A DNA stretch of 32,000 bases from Methylorubrum extorquens (GTDB lineage Bacteria > Pseudomonadota > Alphaproteobacteria > Rhizobiales > Beijerinckiaceae): NCBI GenBank assembly GCA_900234795.1, contig LT962688.1, positions 4,980,001-5,012,000 of the forward strand. Direction: 5' to 3'. Below, in pieces: positions 25,712 to 32,000 of the stretch. Made by a program: the position numbers and the translations under genes. Every line of letters starts with the position of its first letter. The stretch's first letter is position 1. The notes beneath the pieces are model-generated. The model made no database searches, was not told the DNA's origin, and worked only from the letters and a program-made list of their open reading frames with translations.

Positions 25712-26737
25712 TCAGATCCGGTGCGCGACTTCCGCGCGGGTCTTCTCGGCCTCCGTCTCCGCTGCGCCGCGGGTGCGCCACAGGCTGTAGACGACGCCGA
25801 GGGTGAGCAGGACCAGGGTGACGACGAGCGAGACCCACGGCGGCAGGTGGACGAGTTCCAGCGTGTCGGCGACGACGATCTTCGCGCCGATGAACAGCAG
25901 GATGAGGGCGAGCGCCGTCTTCAGGTAGGCGAAGCGGTCCACCATCGCGGCCAGCGCGAAGTACAGCGCGCGCAGGCCCAGGATCGCGAAGATATTCGAG
26001 GTGTAGACGATGAACGGGTCGGTGGTGATCGCAAAGATCGCCGGCACGCTGTCGACGGCGAAGATCACGTCCGCGATGTTCACGAGCACCAAAGCCACGG
26101 CGAGCGGCGTCAGCCAGCGCACCATCTTGCCCGTCTTCGGATCGGGCTTGCGGACGATGAAGTGCTGGCCCTCCGGCTTGTCGGTGACGCGCACCCACTT
26201 CTTGAGCAGGCGCATGGAGGCGCTGTTCTGGATGTCATGCTCGTCCTCTTCCTTCGAGACGAGCATCTTGATGCCGACATAGATCAGGAAGGCGGCGAAG
26301 ACCGAGAGCACCCAGTGCGCCTGCTGGACGAGGGCCGAGCCGAGCCCGATCATCAGGCCGCGCAGCAGCACCGCCGCGAGGATGCCCCAGACCAGCACCC
26401 GGTGCTGGGCCGCTCGCGGCACGCCGAGCGAGGTGAGGATCACCGCGATCACGAAGACGTTGTCCATCGACAGCGACTTCTCGATCACAAGGCCGGTCAC
26501 GTATTCCTGGGCCGGGTCGAACCCGAGCATCCACCAGATCCAGCCGCCGAAGGCGAGGCCGAGGGTGAAGTAGAAGGCGGTGAGGAGAAGGCTCTCCTTC
26601 ACCCCGATCTCGTGGTTCTTGTCGCGGTGGAGCAGGCCGAGATCGAAGGCCAGCAAGCCGGCCACCAAGGCGTGAAAGCCCAGCCACATCCAGACGGGCT
26701 TGCCGAGCCACTCGTGGTTCAAAAATTCCATCATCAT
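25712..26737 (-). CDS. TerC family integral membrane protein (Alx-like)
   Basis: 341 aa polytopic membrane protein. EKSLSMDNVFVIA and FAVDSVPAIFAIT are the paired TerC motifs. Confidence 0.9.
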   Translation of the reverse strand: MMMEFLNHEWLGKPVWMWLGFHALVAGLLAFDLGLLHRDKNHEIGVKESLLLTAFYFTLGLAFGGWIWWMLGFDPAQEYVTGLVIEKSLSMDNVFVIAVILTSLGVPRAAQHRVLVWGILAAVLLRGLMIGLGSALVQQAHWVLSVFAAFLIYVGIKMLVSKEEDEHDIQNSASMRLLKKWVRVTDKPEGQHFIVRKPDPKTGKMVRWLTPLAVALVLVNIADVIFAVDSVPAIFAITTDPFIVYTSNIFAILGLRALYFALAAMVDRFAYLKTALALILLFIGAKIVVADTLELVHLPPWVSLVVTLVLLTLGVVYSLWRTRGAAETEAEKTRAEVAHRI

Positions 26738-27051
26738 CGCGCGGGACCGGATGCTTCACTTTGGGAGAGCATCGACTCCGACATCGCGGAAGCGTCTGCC
26801 GTCTCCCTCCCGAACGGGCCGCCGATCCGGCGGACGGATGATCTCACCGGAGTCCCGGGAGCATCGCGAGGGGGACGGTGCGCGTTCCGCCAGAGGGGCC
26901 CGCAGCCGATGTCGGGCAGTTAGACGCGCGATCGCGTCGAATCAAGGGCAGGGCGATTTTCATCCCTGATCCTCACCCACAAAGCGCATGTGCTGATTTT
27001 CAGCCCGGCCGCGCTTGACAGGAGCGGGGTCTCCGGGCCCTGCCGCGGATC

Positions 27052-28278
27052 ATGGACGCGGATCGAGAGCATGGAATCGCCATCGTCGGCGGCGGGCCGG
27101 CCGGGCTCATGGCGGCGGAGGTGCTGGCCGGGGCGGGGCAGCCCGTCATCGTCTACGAGCGCATGCCGTCCGTCGGCCGCAAGCTGCTCATCGCCGGGCG
27201 CGGCGGGCTCAACCTGACCCATTCCGAACCACTGCCGGACTTCCTGGGGCGTTACGCCCCCGTCGATCCGCGCCTGCCGGCGGCGGTCGAGGCCTATCCG
27301 CCGGACGCGCTGCGGGCATGGTGCGAGGCGCTGGGGCAAAGCACCTTCGTCGGGTCGAGCGGCCGGGTATTTCCGGAAAGCTTCAAGGCCTCGCCGCTGC
27401 TGCGCGCCTGGCTCACCCGCCTCGACGCCTTGGGCGTCGCGATCCGCACGCGGCACCGGCTCGTCGGCCTGGAAGACGGCGCGCTGGCCTTCGAAACGCC
27501 GGAGGGGCCCGCTCCGCGTCCGGCCGCGGGCGACGCTGCTGGCGCTCGGTGGGGCGAGCTGGCCGCGGCTTGGATCGGACGGGGCCTGGGTGCCGCTGCT
27601 GGAGGGGAACGGCGTCGGGGTCGCACCGCTCAAGCCTGCCAATGTCGGCTTCCACGTTGCGTGGTCGGCGCATTTCTCGGGACGCTTTGCAGGCGAGCCG
27701 CTCAAGCGCCTCGCCGCGCGCATCGGCGGGGCGAGCGCCCGCGGCGAGGCGGTCGCCACAGCCGACGGCATCGAGGGCGGGGTGATCTACGCGCTCTCGC
27801 GGCCGATCCGCGAGGCGGTGGAGCGCGACGGCGTCGCCGAACTCACCCTCGACCTACGCCCGGATCTCGATGCGGGCGCGCTCCAGGCGCGCCTTGCCCG
27901 AAGCCGCTCCGGCGAGAGAGCCTCTCCACCCGCTTGCGCAAGGCGGCCGCACTGAGCCCCGCCGCCATCGGCCTGCTGCGCGAGGCGCATGCCAACGCCC
28001 TGCCGCCCGAAGCGGAGCCGCTGGCGGCGGCGATCAAGGCGGCGCCGCTCCGGCTCCTCGGGCCGGCCCCGATCGCGCGGGCGATCTCGACGGCGGGCGG
28101 CGTCGCCTTCGCTGAACTCGACGCGCATTTCATGCTGCGGGCGCGGCCCGGGACTTTCCTGGCCGGCGAGATGCTCGACTGGGAGGCCCCGACCGGCGGC
28201 TACCTGCTTCAGGCGACCTTCGCCAGCGGCCGAGCCGCGGCGAAGGGGATGCTGGCCTGGCTCGACGGACAGGGGTGA
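27052..28278 (+). CDS. TIGR03862/HI0933-like flavoprotein; the ORF is intact but the central ~410 nt are in the wrong frame (two frame switches)
   Basis: The N-terminus IAIVGGGPAGLMAAEVL is a dinucleotide-binding fold, and the C-terminus AISTAGGV....GEMLDWEAPTGGYLLQ is typical of the family. The conserved middle part (ATLLALGGASWPRLGSDGAW...PLKPANVGFHVAWS...GIEGGVIYALS) is encoded in the +1 frame between about 27508 and 27918. Confidence 0.8.
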   Translation: MDADREHGIAIVGGGPAGLMAAEVLAGAGQPVIVYERMPSVGRKLLIAGRGGLNLTHSEPLPDFLGRYAPVDPRLPAAVEAYPPDALRAWCEALGQSTFVGSSGRVFPESFKASPLLRAWLTRLDALGVAIRTRHRLVGLEDGALAFETPEGPAPRPAAGDAAGARWGELAAAWIGRGLGAAAGGERRRGRTAQACQCRLPRCVVGAFLGTLCRRAAQAPRRAHRRGERPRRGGRHSRRHRGRGDLRALAADPRGGGARRRRRTHPRPTPGSRCGRAPGAPCPKPLRRESLSTRLRKAAALSPAAIGLLREAHANALPPEAEPLAAAIKAAPLRLLGPAPIARAISTAGGVAFAELDAHFMLRARPGTFLAGEMLDWEAPTGGYLLQATFASGRAAAKGMLAWLDGQG

Positions 28279-28290
28279 ACCCAGTCCGGC

Positions 28291-29184
28291 TCAGGGCCGG
28301 GCGCAGATCCCGACCATGCCGCTGCTACCGGCCGCGCAGGAGGCTTTCGTGTCGCCGTCCAGGGTCGCCGCGCCGCCCGTCTGGCAGGTGGCCGAGGCCA
28401 GGACCTCGCCCGCATCGCAGGAGAGCGTACAGCCCGAATCGCTGCAGGCGCGCGCCCGCACGACACGGAACGGGGCCGACACCGTCGCGGCGGTCTCACC
28501 TTTCGATCCCGGATCGCCCTTCGGACCGCGCTCGCCCTTCGCGCCCGGTTCCCCCTTGAGGCCCTGCTCGCCCTTTGGCCCCGGCGCGCCCGGAGGACCG
28601 GCCAGACCCGCTTCACCCTTTGGCCCAGTCTCGCCCTTGAGGCCCTGCTCGCCTTTGGCCCCCTGCTCACCCTTCGGGCCCGGATCGCCTTTCGGCCCGG
28701 CGGCACCGGGCGGTCCCTGGAGGCCGGCGCTGCCCTGCGGGCCGGCGGGGCCCTGTTCGCCCGCCTTGCCGGCCGGCCCCTCCGGCGCGCAATTGGCGAC
28801 CACCGCCTCGCGCTCGTTCTCGCCGGCCTTGACCATCGCGACGCAGGTCGCGGGCCGGTAGGGCAGCCGGAACTCGAAGCGTCCGCGCCGGTCCGACAGG
28901 ACGGAGATGTCGTCGTCGAGGATCACGGTAACGCCGCTCTTGCCGACGCTGCCGCTCATGCGCAGGTCGCCGCCCTCGATGCGTGCGTCCCAGATCTGGA
29001 TCGGCTGGACCGGCGGGCTCGGTGCCTTGGCACGGGCCGCTCGCGACTGCGTCTCGCCCTGGCTCTGCGCCGCCGCCGGTCCGGCAAGGACAAGGCCCAG
29101 CGCGATCAGGATCGGCGAGAGGGTCGGCCAAACGGCTCGCGAAGTGGCTGGCTTTCGTGCTCCCAGGTCGCGCGTCGTCGGCAT
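28291..29184 (-). CDS. Secreted collagen-like (Gly-X-Y triple-helix repeat) protein
   Basis: 297 aa. A signal/TM segment ([20 protein letters not shown]) precedes an approximately 95-aa N-terminal domain, 32 uninterrupted GXY triplets and a 66-aa C-terminal domain with 6 Cys. Confidence 0.85.
   Translation of the reverse strand: MPTTRDLGARKPATSRAVWPTLSPILIALGLVLAGPAAAQSQGETQSRAARAKAPSPPVQPIQIWDARIEGGDLRMSGSVGKSGVTVILDDDISVLSDRRGRFEFRLPYRPATCVAMVKAGENEREAVVANCAPEGPAGKAGEQGPAGPQGSAGLQGPPGAAGPKGDPGPKGEQGAKGEQGLKGETGPKGEAGLAGPPGAPGPKGEQGLKGEPGAKGERGPKGDPGSKGETAATVSAPFRVVRARACSDSGCTLSCDAGEVLASATCQTGGAATLDGDTKASCAAGSSGMVGICARP
28492..28779 (-). repeat. Coding 9-nt-periodic Gly-X-Y repeat tract (32 triplets, aa 136-231)
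   Basis: The tract runs GPA GKA GEQ ... GSK GET. I counted ten K-G-E/D junctions by hand. Confidence 0.85.
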
Positions 29185-29537
29185 GCTCGCTCCTCCGATC
29201 TTGTCCCGCGCATCTCCCGGCGCGGCGGAGGAAAGGTTTCGGTTGCCGGCCGGCCAGGGTCAAGCCCGCGGCGTCGTCCACACCCGTCCACAAGAGCCAT
29301 CCACAGGCCAAGCGGCTGAGGTGGAATGCTGTTTTTAGATTGTGTCCACAGCTCCGGGCCGCCGGAAGTGAAGCCGATGCGCGCCGTGCGGAGAACCACC
29401 GGCAAAACCGTAAAGCCATCGGCGGGTCGATCCGTTAAGAAGGCCGGCAGAGTGCCCGGTCCGCCGACAGTCCGCACGGGCGCGGCCGGCCTAGACTTGC
29501 GACTTTGGCTTGCGACCTTCGAGACCGAACCACCGCC

Positions 29538-29978
29538 ATGCTTCGCCCGCTTCTCGCCGTCCTGTTCCTCTTGTCCACCGCCGCGCAGGCCGACGAGTGC
29601 GACGCGCTCGCCGCCCGCATCGCGCAGGCGACGGGGGCGAAGAAGGCCGGCCGCCGGGTCGGTCCGAGCATCGACGTCCGGGCTGCGAGCGGGGTCCGGC
29701 TCGATCTCACCTGCCGCGCCCAGCCCATCGTGCAGGCATCCTCGGGCGATCCCTCGCCCTCGGCCGAATTCTTCCGCGAGCTGACGATCGCGTCCGAACT
29801 CGTGGTCGGCGAGCCGGCCGCCACCGTGCAGCCGATCCTGGCGCGGGCCTATCAGACGGCTTTGCGCGAGGGGCGCAAATCCTTCATCCAGCAGAACGGC
29901 TGGTCGGCGAGCTGCTACACAGACAGCGCCGGGGCGCTCCGGACCCTCTGCTCGGTCGGGCGCATCCCGACGGAGTAA
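29538..29978 (+). CDS. Secreted hypothetical protein (4 Cys)
   Basis: ATG at 29538. The signal peptide is MLRPLLAVLFLLSTAAQA. The gene is divergent from the collagen-like gene. Confidence 0.6.
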   Translation: MLRPLLAVLFLLSTAAQADECDALAARIAQATGAKKAGRRVGPSIDVRAASGVRLDLTCRAQPIVQASSGDPSPSAEFFRELTIASELVVGEPAATVQPILARAYQTALREGRKSFIQQNGWSASCYTDSAGALRTLCSVGRIPTE

Positions 29979-30121
29979 GGGCTGACAGACGGCACGGCCG
30001 TCTTCCCGATCGTTCCCGCTTGAACGAAGCGCGCGCCCGCGCCAATGCGGAGGGCAAGGGTCCGCCGCAAGGATCCGTCGCAAGAACATCGATCACAGGG
30101 CATTTGGTGAGGAAGCGCGCG

Positions 30122-31654
30122 ATGGCCGAACCGATCGTCAATCACCTGTTCGGCCTCGTGCGCACCCATTGCCCGGCCGATCCGGGCGCCAAGGTCTTCA
30201 TCGAGACCTCGGGCGGCGCGCGCTACACCTATGCCGACCTCCTAGCCCGCTCCGGCGCCTATGCCAGCGCGCTCCGGGCCCTCGGCGTGAAGCCTGGCGA
30301 CCGGGTCGCGGTGCAGGTCGAGAAGAGCGCCGAGGTGATCTTCCTCTATCTCGGCGCGGTGCGGGCCGGCGCGGTCTTCCTGCCGCTGAACACCGCCTAT
30401 ACCGGACCCGAGATCGCCTACTTCCTCGGCGATGCCGAGCCGGCCCTGTTCGTCTGCGATCCCGCCCGCGAGGCCGACCTGTCGGCGGTCGCGGGCCAGG
30501 CCGGCGTGCCGCAGACCCGCACCCTCGACGCCGCCGGGCACGGCAGCATGGCGCAGGCCGCCGACGCGGCGAGCCCGGACTTCGCGGACGTGCCCCGCGG
30601 GGCCGACGACCTTGCCGCGATCCTCTACACCTCGGGCACGACCGGGCGCTCCAAGGGCGCCATGCTGAGCCACGACAATCTCGCCTCGAACGCGCTCACG
30701 CTGGCGCAGTATTGGCACTTCACCGAGCGCGACGTGCTGATCCACGCCCTGCCGGTGTTCCACACCCACGGGCTGTTCGTGGCCACCAACATCGTCCTGG
30801 CCACCGGCGGCACGATGCTGTTCCTGCCCCGGCTCGATGCGAAGAAGATCCTCGAACTGATGCCGCGGGCCACCGCGATGATGGGGGTGCCGACCTTCTA
30901 CACCCGGCTGCTCAAGGAGCCCGGCCTCACCCGCGAGGCGGCGGCCCATATGCGCCTGTTCGTGTCGGGCTCCGCGCCGCTGCTCGCCGAGACGCACCGG
31001 GAATGGGCGCAGCGCACCGGCCACGCCATCCTCGAACGCTACGGCATGACCGAGACCAACATGAACACCTCGAACCCCTACGAGGGTGCGCGGCGAGCCG
31101 GCACGGTCGGATTCCCGCTGCCGGGGGTGACCCTGCGCGTGGTCGATCCCGAGACCGGCGCGCCGCTCGGGCCCGAGGAGGTCGGGATGATCGAGGTGAA
31201 GGGCCCCAACGTGTTCCAGGGCTACTGGCGCATGCCGGAGAAGACCGCCGCCGAGCTGAAGGTGGACGGCTTCTTCATCACCGGCGATCTCGGAAAGATC
31301 GACCGCGACGGCTACGTCCACATCGTGGGCCGCGGCAAGGACCTCATCATCACCGGCGGCTACAACGTCTACCCGAAGGAGATCGAGGTCGAGATCGACG
31401 CGCTGCCCGGCGTGGTCGAATCCGCGGTGATCGGCTTGGCCCATCCCGATTTCGGCGAGGGCGTCACGGCGGTGGTGGTGCCGGGCGAGGGCGCGCCCGA
31501 CGAGGCGGCGGTCCTCGCGGCGCTGGAAGGGCGGCTCGCCAAGTACAAGTGCCCCAAGCGGGTGCTGTTCGCGGCCGAACTGCCGCGCAACGCCATGGGC
31601 AAGGTGCAGAAGAACCTTCTGCGCGAGATCCACGCCGACCTCTACCGCGGCTGA
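30122..31654 (+). CDS. matB: Malonyl-CoA synthetase / AMP-dependent acyl-CoA ligase
   Basis: 510 aa from the ATG at 30122 (MAEPIVNHLF...). The AMP-binding motif ILYTSGTTGRSKGAM, YGMTE, and GDLGKIDRDGYVHIVGRGKDLII...GYNVYPKEIE are present. The start and length resemble rhizobial MatB. Confidence 0.85.
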   Translation: MAEPIVNHLFGLVRTHCPADPGAKVFIETSGGARYTYADLLARSGAYASALRALGVKPGDRVAVQVEKSAEVIFLYLGAVRAGAVFLPLNTAYTGPEIAYFLGDAEPALFVCDPAREADLSAVAGQAGVPQTRTLDAAGHGSMAQAADAASPDFADVPRGADDLAAILYTSGTTGRSKGAMLSHDNLASNALTLAQYWHFTERDVLIHALPVFHTHGLFVATNIVLATGGTMLFLPRLDAKKILELMPRATAMMGVPTFYTRLLKEPGLTREAAAHMRLFVSGSAPLLAETHREWAQRTGHAILERYGMTETNMNTSNPYEGARRAGTVGFPLPGVTLRVVDPETGAPLGPEEVGMIEVKGPNVFQGYWRMPEKTAAELKVDGFFITGDLGKIDRDGYVHIVGRGKDLIITGGYNVYPKEIEVEIDALPGVVESAVIGLAHPDFGEGVTAVVVPGEGAPDEAAVLAALEGRLAKYKCPKRVLFAAELPRNAMGKVQKNLLREIHADLYRG

Positions 31655-31858
31655 CGCGGTCGCCCGCTCGCGCCGGCGGGTTCCCCCGTCGGGACCGGCT
31701 GAGAGGGCCGCGCTGGCGCTCTCAAGCCTGTGATGCGATGCTGGCGGTGACCGGTGTTATGAGCCTGCTTATGCTCCGGGAACTCTGCGTCCCGGTGGCG
31801 TGGACCCGATGGCGGTCCATGTTTTCTCCGTCTGGAATCCTCGGAGTTTCGTCCGAAC

Positions 31859-32000
31859 GTGACTAAGAGTGCCGAACACGACCGGATCGAAGCCGAACTG
31901 GTCCGCGTTTCCAAAAGCACCGACCCGTTCGCGGCCGCCGTCAAGGCGACGCGGATGCCGATGCTGATCACCGACCCGCACCGGCCCGACAACCCGATCG
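31859..32000 (+). CDS. PAS (LOV-like N-terminus) sensor protein, 5' end only
   Basis: Hand translation from the GTG at 31859 gives [47 protein letters not shown]... This resembles the start of PAS/LOV domains of alphaproteobacterial sensor kinases. The flavin-binding Cys motif would lie beyond the window. Confidence 0.6.
   Translation, partial: MTKSAEHDRIEAELVRVSKSTDPFAAAVKATRMPMLITDPHRPDNPI

Noticed and set aside
26738-26930. Possible yybP-ykoY (Mn2+/Alx-type) riboswitch in the ~180-nt leader of the TerC-family gene
   Set aside because: TerC/Alx genes are classic targets and the leader can form stems (for example GGGAGGG...CUCUCCC). The conserved GGGGAGUAG and AGCAAGACC-type elements are not visible on the minus strand. 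A cmsearch with RF00080 would be needed, and I do not call it.
28492-28779. Periodic DNA repeat that could be mistaken for a CRISPR or tandem-repeat array
   Set aside because: The periodicity is 9 nt and degenerate. It is fully explained by the Gly-X-Y coding repeat, and there is no repeat-spacer architecture.
29510-30121. The N-terminal 204-codon extension of the 714-aa ORF containing the malonyl-CoA synthetase
   Set aside because: The extension is Arg/Pro-rich and overlaps the signal-peptide protein 29538-29978 in another frame. Family-typical sequence begins at the ATG at 30122 (MAEPIVNHLF).
1-32000. Defence island, prophage, integrative element or toxin-antitoxin/secretion system
   Set aside because: There is no integrase, transposase, recombinase, phage structural gene, nuclease/helicase/ATPase defence module, tRNA attachment site or compositional break. 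The gene content is housekeeping with normal operon structure.

Overview
This is a very GC-rich segment, by eye about two-thirds to 70% G+C (not computed). It looks like ordinary chromosome from an alphaproteobacterium of the Rhizobiales/Methylobacterium type; that assignment is an inference from protein families and codon style. Gene density is high and the content is mostly housekeeping. I see the 3' end of a sensor histidine kinase, cobT/cobS (cobalamin lower-ligand attachment), a DUF1289 protein plus a TIGR02281 retropepsin-like protease, a DUF3775 protein, a NUDIX hydrolase, a TusA-like protein, plant-type gshA, an L-asparaginase, rsmE, ubiA and an IMPase/CysQ-like gene. There is also a four-gene MCE/Mla-type lipid transport operon, an MFS transporter, an orphan CheZ-like gene, DUF1489, cspA, a DJ-1/PfpI gene, a TerC/Alx-like gene, a TIGR03862-type flavoprotein, malonyl-CoA synthetase (matB-like) and the 5' end of a PAS sensor gene. 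I found no rRNA, tRNA, CRISPR array, transposase, integrase, phage gene or recognisable defence system, so I cannot support a novel multi-gene system here. The points worth a second look are: (1) a secreted collagen-like protein with 32 uninterrupted Gly-X-Y triplets; (2) a secreted protein with a eukaryote/plant-style phospholipase A2 motif; (3) four indel-type frame disruptions in three conserved genes, all at short G/C runs or a GA repeat, including a flavoprotein ORF that stays open while about 410 nt of it is read in the wrong frame; (4) an orphan CheZ-like protein with a roughly 200-aa acidic tail; (5) several low-complexity small proteins (Gly/Tyr-rich, Pro-rich, and a 44-aa membrane micro-ORF absent from the ORF track); (6) a MITE-like inverted-repeat/direct-repeat structure after the cobS operon; and (7) TCCACA direct repeats in a divergent promoter. 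Many long ORFs in the supplied track are Arg/Pro/Gly-rich antisense artefacts of the high GC content, and I did not call them.
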